A DNA stretch of 63,406 bases, counting the filler, from Chiloscyllium plagiosum (taxonomy: Eukaryota), in the NCBI RefSeq assembly GCF_004010195.1. It is 3 parts of one record of this genome, joined end to end, with 100 filler letters (N's around TTAATTAATTAA, not from the genome) between each part and the next. Parts side by side here need not be neighbours in the genome. Positions count along the whole stretch, not along the records: positions 1 to 24,263 come from NC_057710.1; positions 24,364 to 55,229 come from NC_057710.1; 1 more part is not named here. The stretch is one strand, 5' to 3'. Below, in pieces: positions 13,229 through 26,481 of the stretch (positions are counted from its first letter, which is position 1; the number at the start of each line of letters is the position of its first letter). Position numbers and translations under genes: made by a program. The notes under the pieces are model-generated. The model worked only from the letters and a program-made list of their open reading frames with translations, searched no databases and was not told the origin of the DNA.

Positions 13229-15631
13229 AGAACAAAGGAACTTCTCATCAAAAGGCAGCTTACGTAAGATAGAGGAAGCAAAGATCTAGCACAGCTTTAG
13301 AGGATTACAGGCTTTCTAGAAAGGAGCTCAGAAATGGCCAGGAGAGGGCACAAAAAAAGGCTTGGCAAATAGGATTAGGGAGAACCCAAAGGCATTTTAC
13401 TCATACATGAGGAATAAGAGAATGATCAGGGAGAAGGTAGGGCCGATCAAGGATAGCAGAGGGAACTTGTGCGTGGACTCTGAGCAAATAGGGGAAACCC
13501 TGAATGAGTATTTTGCTTCAGTTTTCTCTAAGGAAAGGGACTTTGAGGAGCTGGTTTACAGGCTTGACCAGATCAAGATTGATGAAGTTGATACACTGGA
13601 AATTTGGGAAAACATTAAGATTGATAAGTCCCCAGGGCAAGTTCAGATTTATCCCAGGCTGCTCCGGGAAGCAAGAAAGGAGGATGCAAAGCCACTGGCG
13701 AAGATCTTTGCCTCCTCAGTCTCCACAGGAGTCGTACCGGAGGATTGGAAGGAGGCAAATGTTATTCCTCTTTTCAAGAAGGGTAATAGGGAAATGCCTG
13801 GCAATTACATGCCAGTCAGTCTTACATCTGTGGTCAGCAAAGTTTTGGAAAGAATTCTGAGGGATAGGATCTACAACTATTTGACAAAGCATACCGTGAT
13901 TAAAGGTAGTCAGCATGGCTTTGTGAAGGGCAGGTCATGCCTCACAAATCTTATTGAGTTCTTCGAGGAGGTGACAAGACAGGTTGATGAAGGTCGAGCA
14001 GTGGATGTGGTGTATATGGACTTCAGCAAGGCATTTGATAGGGTTTCCATGGTAGGCTCATTCATAAAGTCAGGAAGTATGGGATACAGGGAGATCTGGA
14101 TTCAGAATTGTTTGGCTGACAGAAGGCAGAGAGTGGTTGTAGATGGAAAGTATTCTGCCTGGAGGACAGTGTTGATGGGGTCCCACAGGGGGTTCTGTTC
14201 TTGGGCCTCTGCTCTTCGTAGTTTTTATAAATGACTTGGACGAGGAGGTTGAGGGGTGGATTAGTAAATTTGCAGATGACACAACGGTTGGAGATGTCGA
14301 CGATAGTATTGAGGACTATTGCAGGCTGCAGTATGACATAGACAGGAGGCAGAGCTGGGCTGAGAAATGGCAGATGGAGTTCAACCTGGATAAATGCAAA
14401 GTGATGCATTTTGGAAGGTCAAACTCAAATGCTGAATATAGGATTAAAGACAGGATTCTTGGTAGTGTGGAGGAACAGAGGGATCTGGGTGTGCAAGTAC
14501 ACAGATCCCNNNNNNNNNNNNNNNNNNNNNNNNNNNNNNNNNNNNNNNNNNNNNNNNNNNNNNNNNNNNNNNNNNNNNNNNNNNNNNNNNNNNNNNNNNN
14601 NNNNNNNNNNNNNNNNNNNNNNNNNNNNNNNNNNNNNNNNNNNNNNNNNNNNNNNNNNNNNNNNNNNNNNNNNNNNNNNNNNNNNNNNNNNNNNNNNNNN
14701 NNNNNNNNNNNNNNNNNNNNNNNNNNNNNNNNNNNNNNNNNNNNNNNNNNNNNNNNNNNNNNNNNNNNNNNNNNNNNNNNNNNNNNNNNNNNNNNNNNNN
14801 NNNNNNNNNNNNNNNNNNNNNNNNNNNNNNNNNNNNNNNNNNNNNNNNNNNNNNNNNNNNNNNNNNNNNNNNNNNNNNNNNNNNNNNNNNNNNNNNNNNN
14901 NNNNNNNNNNNNNNNNNNNNNNNNNNNNNNNNNNNNNNNNNNNNNNNNNNNNNNNNNNNNNNNNNNNNNNNNNNNNNNNNNNNNNNNNNNNNNNNNNNNN
15001 NNNNNNNNNNNNNNNNNNNNNNNNNNNNNNNNNNNNNNNNNNNNNNNNNNNNNNNNNNNNNNNNNNNNNNNNNNNNNNNNNNNNNNNNNNNNNNNNNNNN
15101 NNNNNNNNNNNNNNNNNNNNNNNNNNNNNNNNNNNNNNNNNNNNNNNNNNNNNNNNNNNNNNGTGCAAAGAAGGTTTATCAGGATGCTGCCTGGACTGGA
15201 CGGCTTGCCTTATGAAGAAAGGTTGAATAAGCTCGGACTTTTCTCTCTGGAGAGGAGGAAGAGACGAGACCAGATCGAGGTGTATAAAATAATGAGAGGA
15301 ATAGATAGAGTCAATAGCCAGAGACTCCTCCCCAGGGCATGATTGGCTGGTACTAGGAGTCATAGTTTTAAGATATTAGGGGAAAAGTATAGAGGAGACA
15401 TCAGAGGTAGGTTCTTTATGCAGAAAGTTGTGAGCGCATGGAATGCGTTGCCAGTGGTTGTGATGGAAGCAGAATCATTTGGGACATTTAAGCGACTGCT
15501 GGACAGGCACATGGATAGCAGTGGGTTGAGAGGTGAGTAGGTTATTATATTTTACATTAGGATTAAACCTCGGCACAACATCGTGGGCTGTTCTTTGCTG
15601 TACCTTTCTATGTTCTATGTTCCATGTTCTA
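13229..15631 (+). mobile_element. CR1 LINE, 5'-truncated ORF2 (RT), frameshifted, contains an N gap
   Basis: NYMPVSLTSVVSKVLE, SQHGFVKGRSCLTNLIEF, VYMDFSKAFD, SKFADDT; (ttctatg)n tail. Confidence 0.95.
14510..15162. other. Assembly gap
   Basis: N run. Confidence 1.
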
Positions 15632-16094
15632 CAACCCAACCTCCCATCCATGTCCTGCATCTTGGGGTGTGCGGCAGCTGTGAGGTCTCCCTGAGCTCTT
15701 TCTTCTTGTCCTCTGCAAGGGTCTGCTGCTGCTCCTGGGCTTGCTGTCATCCCTGCTATAACACTTTTAAAAGGAAGAAGGACAGACAATAGGCAGCACA
15801 CGGTCAGTGAAGAGGAGAGATATAGAGAGAGGAAGAAACGCACACTGCTCACTGACACAGCAGTGAATCTGCGCAGTAACTGCCTTGCTGTTTGAATTCA
15901 TTTATCTCTGGACATGGATGTGCATCTAGGAAAACTTAACAAACAGTGAAATTCACAACTGATCTTGGAGGAACCTGTGTAAGAGAGCTCACAGCACAGG
16001 AACAGATAAGTGAATAGTTTTTATGTGTGGCCTTGCTATAAATCTACAATAGTGAATAAAATGCGTTCCTTTTTGATTATATGTTTTACTGAGA

Positions 16095-16312
16095 TCATGG
16101 AATGAGCTGCCAGAAGAAGTAGTGGAGGCTGGTACAATTGCAGCACTTAAAAGGCATCTGGATGGGTATATGAAAAAGAAGGGCTTAGAGGGATATGGGC
16201 CAAGTGCTGGCAAATGGGACTAGACTAGGTTAGGATATCTGGTTGGCATGGATGAGTTGGACTGAAGGGTCTGTTTCCATGCTGTACATCTGTATGACTC
16301 TATGACTCTATG
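16095..16312 (+). mobile_element. CR1 LINE 3' end
   Basis: WNELPEEVVEAGTI; (tatgactc)n tail. Confidence 0.85.
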
Positions 16313-17136
16313 ACTGACAGCAGTTCCCACTCCTTGATTGAGGTCTAGCCCCAGCCAGTGTCCAACATGATCATTTGGTTGAATGAATGTGCAGTATGTT
16401 TGCAGCTGGCACATACTGTTGGTGTTAGATTGAAGTCTTGGTTTGCCATTCAACAAGATGTCTCTCCTCTCTCACACCGCCCCCACCCCCACACCCACCC
16501 CCACCTCATCATTCTGCTTGTGAAAGTACGAAAGATGTTATGACGTGCCCCTGACCTTGAGGTGGGCCTTGCCAAAGTTCCCAGCCAACTCTGTCACACA
16601 TCTCACTATAGTGCACATCATTCATTCCCAGATAAGACGCCCCCTACCTGTTTGATCAAGCATTTTGATACTTGACCAACAGTATCAACTTATGTGGCTC
16701 TCTGCCTGACAGTAGTGTCCTATCTTACAGTCATTTTATAAATGGAATATGTCACTCAAAAAGCTGTAGACATTGAATATAAAGAAAACAATGATGGAAA
16801 CACTCAATGTCAGGCTACAACCTAATTTCTGAGTTTTGAATGTGAGTCTCCACATGAAATTATTGTGTGCTGACAGTTATCTTCTAATCTGTTGACAGCA
16901 TTTTGAGGTTTTCTCAAACTTGATAAGTTGTTTTGCTGGAGTTAGCTTCCCTATTAGCTCTCAATAATGACAAAAACTGTCCTGCAGAAAGGTCCAGCCT
17001 TTACAAGCAAGAATTTAAATTCTAAAAAGCATGCAGCACTGAAAATAGCCCAAAAGTACTAAAGCAGAGACTTATATTCTGATGATGTCTTTCATGGTAT
17101 GAAGACATTTCAAAACATTTCACAGTTAACTAATGT

Positions 17137-17765
17137 AGGGTTGCACAGTGGCTGACACTGTTGGCTCACGGGACCTGGGTTCGAATCTAGGTGACTATGT
17201 GGAGTTTGTACATTCTCCCTGTGTTGGTATGAGTTTCCTCCCACAGCCCAAAGAAGGAGCAGCTTGGTGGCTCAGTGGTTAGCACTGCTGCCTCACAGCG
17301 CCAGAGACCCAGGTTTGATTCCAGCCTCGGGTGACTGTCTGTGTGGAGATGGCACATTCTCCCCATGTCTGCGTGGGTTTCCTCTGTGTGCTCCAGTTTC
17401 CTCCCACAGTCCAAAGATGTGCAGTTTAGGTGAATTGGCCATGCAAAATTGCCCATAGTGTTCAGGAGTGTATAGGTTAGGTGCATTAGTTAGGGGAATG
17501 GGTCTAGGTGGGTTACTCTTCGGACGGTCAGTGTGGACTTTGGGCGATATGGCCTGTTTCCCCACTGTAGGAATTCTATGATTCTAAGTGGATTTGCCAT
17601 GCTAAATTGCCCATAGTGTCTAGGGATATGCAAGCTAGGTGGGTTAACCATGGGAAATGCAGTGATAGTGGTGGGTCCGGGGGGGGGGGGGGGGGGGAGC
17701 GGGGGATGCTCTTCAGAGAGTCAGGATGGGCTGATTGGCCTGCTCCCACACTGTAGGAATTCTAT
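17137..17765 (+). mobile_element. Two nested HE1-type SINEs (inner copy ~17256-17587)
   Basis: Two tRNA-like heads and two ctgtaggaattcta tails; the outer copy resumes after the inner one. Confidence 0.8.
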
Positions 17766-18784
17766 AATTAAGTACTTTCTGAATCATAGTCATTATTGAA
17801 ATGCATTAGCTAAATTGTACACACAAACATCGATGAGCTAATAGTTTCATTTTACAGATGCCCATCAGGGAATAAATATTTGCCTGCTCATCGAGGATGA
17901 TTCCCTGGTTTTCTTTGATCCATTGGATCTTTAACACCCACCTGAGAGAACAGATAGAAACTTGCTTTAATATCTCATTCAAACGTTAAAACCTTTCAGT
18001 CATGCATTCAGTGCCAGTCTTGAATTTTATGTCCAAGTTCTTGGAGAGAGACTTGAACCCAAAACCCCAGGCCTGAGACAAGACAGTTCTTCAAATAGTT
18101 CTTCAAACCAAAAATAAAATTGGAGCCCTATCATTTCAGTTTTCATTTCAATAATCAAATGTACAAAATCAAAGAAACTGTTGAGACATATTGCCTAGTG
18201 TGACACTTTCAGTGCATGCATTCTCTCTCTTCTTGCTCTTTGTATTTCTAAACATACTTTATTCATAAAAATTATATTTATATATATGCATGTTCACAAA
18301 TACAGTGAACAAATATTAGAGTTTGACTCTAACCAAAAAAACCAAAGGCATCTCTTACTCGAACCAGACTATGGATTCCTTCTGGTTGATTTAATTGTCA
18401 GCTGGACATGTCAATGTCTGATAATGGCTTCGGCTATTTAAAGTACTTTGTTGATAACATTGCTGTAATGGTCTTTTGTCTGTATTGTCAATTGATACAA
18501 TACTCAGGAAAACCTGAAATGTCTTTTAAATTAGATACGGGAACAGAAAAAGACAAATATTTGCAAAGGAAAATCAACAATCTCTGAATACAATGGGATC
18601 TTTTTCAAAGAGAAAAAAGGAAAGATAAAGATAAATCGAGAATAATGAGATGGAGGCCTTTTTTGTGCATTAGTTTGATGGTCACCTGGAAATGAATGCA
18701 TAATTTGTGGAACACCAGGCATTACACTTGGCATTGTAGAGCAGGCAAACCAATTTCAAATAGTCTATGATTCAGTTTAAATAA

Positions 18785-18975
18785 TAAAATAAAGAACTGC
18801 AAATGCTGAAGATCTGAAAGAAAAACAGAAATTGCTGGTGAAACTCAGCAAGTCTGGCAGCATCTGTGAGGAGAAATGAATTCTGATAGAGTCACTCATC
18901 TCAAAACCTTAACTCTGCTTTCACCCCGCAGGACTCTGCTGTTCCTGCCAAATGTTATCAGCAATTTCAGTTTCT
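18785..18975. mobile_element. Fold-back PLE-derived mini-element (family C), degenerate
   Basis: aaattgctgg...cagcaatttc inverted arms; flanking tgattcagttt/tgatccagttt duplication. Confidence 0.6.
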
Positions 18976-19114
18976 GATCCAGTTTTACATTATTTCTTCT
19001 GTTTGACTTGACATTATCAGTTCTGCTTGACGATATCATTGTGAATGTTTGGGGATATTATTCTTTGTCTCCCCCCTATGCTGACTCTCTACTGGCTCCT
19101 GGAAAAAAACAGTA

Positions 19115-19524
19115 CAGGTCATTCTGTGATAACACACGTTTCGGCAGAATTAGGGAATGGTATTTTTGAGAACGCTTACCTCCATTGGCAATAACGCGAT
19201 TCCATTGGGAATCGGTTTGCACGTCTCGTTCTGAGCATGCACGATGTCAGCTGCTACAGAGCAGCTTTCTGGAGAATTCCTGTACGAACAGCAGTTTTCT
19301 TACATTATTTAACTATGCTGTGTTAAATTTACTTTTGTTTTGTTAATAAATACGATTTCAACCTTCATTCAGGTTGTGCTATACTTTTGGGTGAGTTTTT
19401 GAGCAATCATGAATGATAGCTTTTGCTGGTCTGCCCCAGATCCCACTTTTCCCATAGACCCCCTTATTTCTATTAAGCGAGGTTCCTCTGGAACGCAACT
19501 TTGGCATTACAGGAGAACTACCTG
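19115..19524. mobile_element. Tigger/pogo-like non-autonomous DNA transposon within an L2 relic
   Basis: Imperfect TIRs (caggtcattct.../...agaactacctg) with TA on both sides. Confidence 0.6.
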
Positions 19525-20414
19525 TACCTCAATTTTAAAATTGTGATCATTGCTTTCAAACCTCTCCCTCGCTCTGTAATCTCCACTAGCCCCACAGTCA
19601 TTTGAGACATTTGTGTTCCTTTAATTCTCAGAATCCCCCCTTTTAATTGCTCTATCATTAGTGGCTGTGCTTTCAGCAGCCTGGAGGGCCTTAAATCTGG
19701 AATTTTAAACCCTTGTCTTTTTACCTTTCTTTTGTCCCTTACGTTGCTTCTTAGAATCTACCAATTTAACAGGTCTTTTGGTCATCTGCCTAATTTTGGT
19801 TTGTGAGCTGGTTTCAAATTTTGCTTTGTAACACTGCCCTGAAGTGCCTGTTTGACTACATTACAATGCTATATGAATAAAAGCTGTAAAAAAATGTGCA
19901 AAGCATTTTTATGTTGAGAAAACCATCAGCATTTGGACTGAAAACAACAAATGCAGAGATCGCAGCAGGTCAGGCAACATCCATGGAGAGAGAGCAAGCT
20001 AATGTTTCAAATCTAGATGATTCTTCATCTCCATCAGCATTTGTTCCACTTTTCACACATTAACATTTTCTGATGTTAGACTTTCCCCAATCAGTTCTCG
20101 TCAGTCACACAGGAGAATGGCACAAGTGGCAGGAATAGGTGTCTGCCTGCATTTCCAAAAAGAGGAGAAATGAAAGGGGACAAAATTAAGACTTGCTGCA
20201 ATTATAATGATTTCCTTTCTTTCAAAACTGGAAGAAAATCTTCTTACTGCTCTCAGGAATGCACTTTTCTTGATTTAAACTATTTGAGACCCACAACCAA
20301 CACCATTATCCATTAACAAAAAACGCCAAACAACTGCAGATGTTGGAAATCAGAAACACAAACAGGGAATCACGTTTGCAAACAATCTAGTTCAATTTGA
20401 TATACAGTACTCAC

Positions 20415-20457
20415 CAAGAAGTCGATGGATATGGTAATACCTAGTCCGTGTCAGCAG
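20415..20457 (-). CDS. Candidate 43-nt coding exon, phase 0 to 1: LLTRTRYYHIHRLL
   Basis: Minus strand: gctattgtctttag|CTGCTG...TTCTTG|gtgagta; only one frame is open. Confidence 0.55.
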
Positions 20458-22493
20458 CTAAAGACAATAGCATTGGTTTCTGATATTCAGAAAAGAAATT
20501 TTTGTTTATTGACAATGTATGTCAGAAAAATAAATCTGACAAACAAATCTACTGATGAAAAAAAACCCAAAAGAACTGTGGATGCTGGAAAGCAGAAACA
20601 AAAATATAAATTGCTGGAAAAGCTCAGCAGTTCTGGCAGCATCTGTGGACAGAAATCAGTGTTATCTTTACAGACCCAGTGACCGTTCCTCAGAACTGAT
20701 ATACATATTGGCTATGTTTTACAGATGAGAGAGATTAAAAATATTGCTAGCGGCCAAGAGATGAAAGTGGCAGAGTGATTTAAAAAATAGCAGCAATAGT
20801 AACACAGCAAATGCCAAGCCCAACTTGAGATAGTTGTCAATGTGAAGGTGTAGTTACAAGTAGTTTTTCAAATGAGACAAAACACCAAAGTCTTTTCTGT
20901 CCTATCAGGTGGATACAAAAGATACCAAATGATTATTTTGAGAAACAGCCGGGAAATTATTCATCCTGCTATCAACATGGCAAAATGAAATCAGATTACA
21001 ATTATATTGCTCTCTATGTGAGCTTTTTGTGCACTTATTGGCTGCAGGTTTTAACCAAAAGATGTTCATTGCATGTAAAACCCACTGGGTCATGAAAGAT
21101 CTTTATTCTTTTCTCAGCAGTGCAGTAGTGGTAATGGATAATAATTTGTTTTAGAATCTTGTTTCAGCATATAGGGAGAGAGAAAATTAACAATAATTTC
21201 TTGTTCCTGGTTACAGTCCCACAAAACCTACCAAGAAGGAATGTATGGGATCAATAAAATCATTCAAGGCTTAGTGGGAAAATGTGGTCCAGTTGGATAA
21301 CAACTGGTATGGTCATGAATACTGACATTTCGACTCCCAGTTTTTTCAATTGCTTCTTTCAATAATTCCACAAAATTTGCCAAAGTTATGGTGCAAGATC
21401 TCCACAGATTTTGGGGACCAATAACTTTAAAATGTAAAGTTCTATCATTTCACAACTTAATGATTTATTGATTTAATTCTGACAATGTCTTGAATTTATA
21501 CTTGTAATAAGAATTAAAATAAGAATAAAGTTTTCATTTTGACTTCAAACAAAAAACTTCAGATGCTGGAAATCTGAAATAAAAACAGAAATTGATGGAG
21601 GAACTCAGCAGTTGGCAACATCTATGAACAGAAATCAGACAGAAACATTTCGAACAATGCAAAAGATAAGGGAATGTTAAATTTAGCGATACCTAAAATC
21701 ATTAACAGTTTCGGAAATCTTTTATGTTGGACCAACATCAATTCAATCAAATCAGGCCTTCACCAGAATTTTGAGAGATCATTTGCAGGTGAAAGGCTGC
21801 TACTACTGCTGAAACTATTTGCAATAAACCTGTTTTCAGCTATATCAATAAATCTGCTCAAGGTGTTATATTTAATAAATTGAAGATATACTTTCAAGTA
21901 CAATCTTTCCGATAAAATTAAAGGAACAATTGTACTCAATTTTGGGTGGGATGCTCTTTGGAGGGTCATTGAAGACTTAATGGGCCAAATGGTCTCTCTC
22001 TGCACTGTCGGGATTCTATGATCCTTTGTGACTGCATAATTTCATTCCATGGTGCTCACATGTTCCAACTGTCCGATACTTTCAATTTCTGATTGTACTT
22101 GAGCAACTGAATAAATTTATCAACTGTTTTTATGTGCATATATTTTCTTTAATTGACCAGATACTTCTCTCAACCATTTCATGGAGGTAAAGATGGGCTT
22201 GAGTGGTTGTGTGAAATAGTTGAAAGTAAATTGAGGGTCAAGATTAGAGTGGACACTGTTTTACCCCTGGGCCAATTCTCATTCCATTGCTGTCAATTGT
22301 AAAACCAGAACGCAGCCACTTTACACAGCTCTGCTTTTGATTTTATTCTTTTTTTTAACCAGCACTGAATACAGAAGTCTGGAACAAAATTAGAAACTCA
22401 GCAGGTCTGGCAACATCTGTGGAGAGTAAACAGAGCTGTTCTTATGGTTTGTGGGTCTCTGTGGAGTCAAAACTACCACTGCCACATTTACAG

Positions 22494-22629
22494 TGTGTGG
22501 AGGTGCTGGTGTTGGACTGGGGTGGACAAAGTTAAAAATCACACAACACCAGGTTATAGTCCAACAGGTTTCTCTGAAAGCACAAACTTTTGGAGTGCTG
22601 CTCCATAATCTGATGTTGAGTGATTTTTA
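22494..22629. mobile_element. PLE-derived mini-element (family B)
   Basis: gttaaaaatcacacaacacc motif with short inverted end; 10-bp TSD acatttacag. Confidence 0.7.
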
Positions 22630-22872
22630 ACATTTACAGGGCATATTGGATAACATTGTCAGCAGTCAAGTCAGCAAGAGTCAGACAGTAAATAGAACAT
22701 ATTAGACATGTAAAAAGAATTATTTTTTCACAAGATCAGGAAAACTTCCTTACACCGATTAAAAATCATTTTGGCTATGCTTCTGACACTGATAATGTCT
22801 TTCCTCACGAGAATGCTAGAATTTGGATGTTAATCAACTAGCATTAACTATACTAACAAACACGACACATAC

Positions 22873-22907
22873 CTTTGGAATTTCAGGCATTTCTTTAGGT
22901 CTATTGA
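22873..22907 (-). CDS. Candidate 35-nt exon (or 28 nt, 22873-22900): (F)NRPKEMPEIPK, ending in phase 0
   Basis: Strong donor AAG|gtatgt; acceptor weak, with two usable AGs 7 nt apart; bridges the phases of the neighbouring candidates. Confidence 0.4.
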
Positions 22908-23421
22908 CTACTTAAGTTTACACAATGCACAATGCTAATTAGACTGAATTAAGTCTATCTCTGTGTAGATGCTGGGCCTTTAAACCATGGACATAGCATT
23001 CATTTTTCTAATGGAGATCAAATGGGTGAAGTAACTCCTTGTATGCATACTCATTAAGAGAACAGCAGTACCTTTTGGTGTAATCTCCTCTCTGTTGTCA
23101 TGTATTTACTATGCAAATAGCCATTCTCTCCTACTTACGAAACTGAAATTATCAAACTTGTCAGTTCATAGTGGAGGGCTGGAGGCATGGGGGCAGGGGA
23201 GCAGGAAGAAGAGGTGGAATGCATAAACTAAAAGTCTTTATGTGAATGGACCAGAATTAACTTACAGTTAAAGAGCAATTTGGTGGTTAAGCAAAATTAG
23301 AAGAGATGCATTATGTTATACTGTCATTACAAGTAACTATGGCCTTGAACATATTGGCAATTCTGTTATTTTAGTTTATTGATTGGGTCTCCATCAAGTT
23401 AATGGATGATTTAGAGTTGAT

Positions 23422-24263
23422 TATAGAGTCACATAGTGATAGAACTATACAGCATGGAAACAGACCCTTTGGTCCAACTCGTCCATGCCGACCAGATATC
23501 CGAACTTAATCTAATGCCTCTAAACCCTTCCTATTCATGTAACCAACCAGACACTTTTAAATGTTGCAATTGTACCAGCCTATACCACTTCCTCTGGTAG
23601 CTCATTCCATACACGGACCGCACTCTGTGAAAAAGTTGCCCGTTAGGTCCCTTATAAATTTTTCCCCTTTCACCCTAAACTTATGCTCTCTAGTTTTGGA
23701 TTCCCCTCCGCCCTGCCCCCCAAGGAACAGACCTTGTCTATTTATCCTATCCATGCCACTCATGATTTTGTAAACCTCTATGAGGTCACCCCTCAGCCTC
23801 CGACACTCCAGAGAAAACACCCCAGCCTATTCACCTTCTCCCTATAGCTCAAATCCTCCAACCCTGGCAACATGCTTGTAAATTTTTTCTAAACCCTTTC
23901 AAGTTTCACATCCTTCCGATAGGGAGGAGACCAGAATTGCACACAATATTCTACAAGTGGCTTAGCCAATGTCCTGTACAGACCATAAGACCATAAGACA
24001 TAGGAGTGGAAGTAAGGCCATTTGGCCCATCGAGTCCACTCCGCCATTTAATCATGGCTGATGGGCATTTCAACTCCACTTACCAGCATTCTCCCTGTAG
24101 CCCTTAATTCCTTTTGACATCAAGAATTTATCAATCTTGGCCTTGAAGCCATTTAGCGTCCCGGCCTCCACTGCACTCCATGGCAATGAATTCCACAGGC
24201 CCACCACTCTGGCTGAAGAAATGTCTCCGCATTTCTGTTCTGAATTTACCCCCTCTAATTCTA
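23422..24263 (-). mobile_element. Two adjacent CR1 3' ends (junction ~23982)
   Basis: FSLECRRLRGDLIEVYKIM; second tail (accataag)n. Confidence 0.9.
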
Positions 24264-24363
24264 NNNNNNNNNNNNNNNNNNNNNNNNNNNNNNNNNNNNN
24301 NNNNNNNTTAATTAATTAANNNNNNNNNNNNNNNNNNNNNNNNNNNNNNNNNNNNNNNNNNNN
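24264..24363. other. Artificial 100-bp scaffold spacer
   Basis: 44 N + TTAATTAATTAA + 44 N. Confidence 0.95.
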
Positions 24364-24592
24364 CTCACCTTAACCTTCTTCCACCTATCGCATTTCCAAC
24401 GCCCCTCCCCCAAGTCCCTCCTCCCTACCTTTTATCTTAGCCTGCTTGGCACACCCTCCTCATTCCTGAAGAAGGGCTTATGCCCAAAACGTCGATTCTC
24501 CTGCTCCTTTGATGCTGCCTGACCTGCTGCGCTTTTCCAGCAACACATTTTTAAGCTCTGATCTCCAGCATCTGCAGTCCTCACTTTCACTT
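24364..24592 (+). mobile_element. PLE 3' UTR (family A) with degenerate hammerhead (GAAA changed to AAAA)
   Basis: cctgaagaagggcttatgcccaaaacgtcgatt...ctgcagtcctcactttc. Confidence 0.8.
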
Positions 24593-24707
24593 GCAGCACA
24601 AAGCACATAATACAGAGAAAACCATTCTGACAATCAAAATCAAGAAATAAATTATTTAAAGCATTGTGATGTTAAAATACATAAAAACATAACATTAGCA
24701 GCAATTT

Positions 24708-24925
24708 CAAATAGCTCAATCAGCTGGATGGCTGGTTTGTGACGTAGAGATATGCCAATACTGTGGGCTCAGTTCCTGCACTGACTAAGTTTGCGATAAA
24801 GGTCACATCTTTTTAGCCTCTCTCCAGCCTGAGGTATGGTGACCCTTAGGTTAAACTTCCACTCATCGATTCTCTCTAATGAGCAGCACAATGGTCTGGT
24901 AAGATTGTGGTGACCTTACCTTTCT
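24708..24925 (+). mobile_element. Old tRNA-derived SINE
   Basis: tagctcaatcagctgg head, B-box-like gggctcagttcc, gaccttaccttt tail. Confidence 0.5.
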
Positions 24926-26481
24926 GCAAAATCTTTCCCCATTTTTAGTTTACGTTACTCTGGGAAATTCACTTGGTGTTTTATTGATTCTTTTAGTGTT
25001 ACAATATCATGTCATAATTATTCTCTTTGATCAGTGTTATGCTGTATTTTCAGCAATATTTTGTTACAACTTCCAAATCTAAACAGTCCACTGTGACTAA
25101 TTTTTGTGCCCAGTTCAGTGAGTAGCCTTATATACAGAACCTGGGCCCTCATCTTGTTCCTTGTGAACATTTATCCCAATCACTGGAGAAATTCTACTGA
25201 GCCATGCACTGGTTAAACCATTTCATTGCCGACAAAAGGTCAGCAGAAGGACAAAGCTGTTAAGAGCTCTGTTCTTTCATTTATTTCTTTCACCTTTTGT
25301 GCCGCTAAACCACATCAAATGGAACAGAACAATCTTAACAGCAGGAACATAGAACAGTACAACACAGGAACAGGCCCCTCAGCCCATCTTCCTTGGCTGA
25401 CCATGATGCTAATATAAATATATAAAAACAATTTTGGAGCATTTCTGAACAAAATAAAACAATTCTATACCATGAATAATGGCACATTGTGGCCTTATCT
25501 TGGTTAACATCTAACTTTGTGTTGCTGCATGTAAAGCTGGATTAGTTTCATTTAATTTAGTCTGATTGAAGGCAACTTTTAAATCTATTTTTATCTCTTC
25601 TTCTGTTTTCACTTTAAGTCCGTCCCCTTCTGTGTGATGGAAATTCTCAGGAGTGTATTGATTTGTAATTTCGCTGAATGTTACTGAAACTATTCCTCTT
25701 GCATTCATCACTACAAATGCAAGGATACCAAATCTCAAACAGCCCCAACAATCTACATTACAGGAGAAAAGGTTGCTGATTGTTAAGGAAATTGATTCTG
25801 GTTAGCCAAGTCATTGCCATGGAGAAAGCAACAGAAAACTTTACCCTCACCATGCTCCCCGGTAATTCAAAAAAGTGCAAGCCTTGAAAATAGCCCTTTC
25901 GCTTGCAGAGAATGAGTTCATGAGTTTAAATGCATGTCACTTTTAGCAAGTGTAAATGAGCCACATTACAAGCTCAACTGGTAAGCTTTGGCAACACATC
26001 TCTCTCTTCATCAACATTCAATTCTGTCCTATAAAGTAACTGATTGGTAATTCTTCAAATTTGTAATAGTTTTTACTTCCTCAGAATGTGTAATATTTTT
26101 TAATCTACCTGCTTTTAAGGGCCTCACCATGGCCTTACATAATATATTTTTCAGGTTCTTGTGGTGCTTGTAAAGCTTTATTATTGAGTCATATTCCATC
26201 ATGGCAATATCCAAGCCTGACTTCTCTTAAAATGCAAACAAATCTATAATGTGGTTATTAGATAATGTCTATTATCTGCTGATTTCTTTCCATCCTCAAA
26301 ACCCAAAGAAATTGGAAAATCTGTCACATCATGTACAAAACCTTCTGCACATTTCTGGACGGTCAATTTTTCAAACTTCAGCCTGCATTTACCACTTCTC
26401 ACATCCCTTTACAGTTACATTTGACATATAAACTGGACACTATGAGTTAATATTACCATGATGTACTTTCCAATCTTTCCT

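Larger units (their letters stand above)
12679..15907. repeat. Long inverted repeat (fold-back) whose right arm is split by a CR1 LINE
   Basis: Left arm 12679-13043; right arm 13151-13228 plus 15632-15907. Confidence 0.85.

Noticed and set aside
13362..14234. 290-aa RT ORF as a host or domesticated gene
   Set aside because: Frameshifted, 5'-truncated CR1 with a typical tail
14236..15363. Long ORFs of 271-368 aa
   Set aside because: Mostly X residues across the N gap; the remainder is CR1 RT
17256..17330. tRNA-like sequences with A and B boxes (also ~8505, 42000, 44480, 49390)
   Set aside because: SINE heads continuing into SINE bodies; not tRNA genes
17679..17706. Poly-G run, possible G-quadruplex
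   Set aside because: Homopolymer expansion within a SINE; length unreliable
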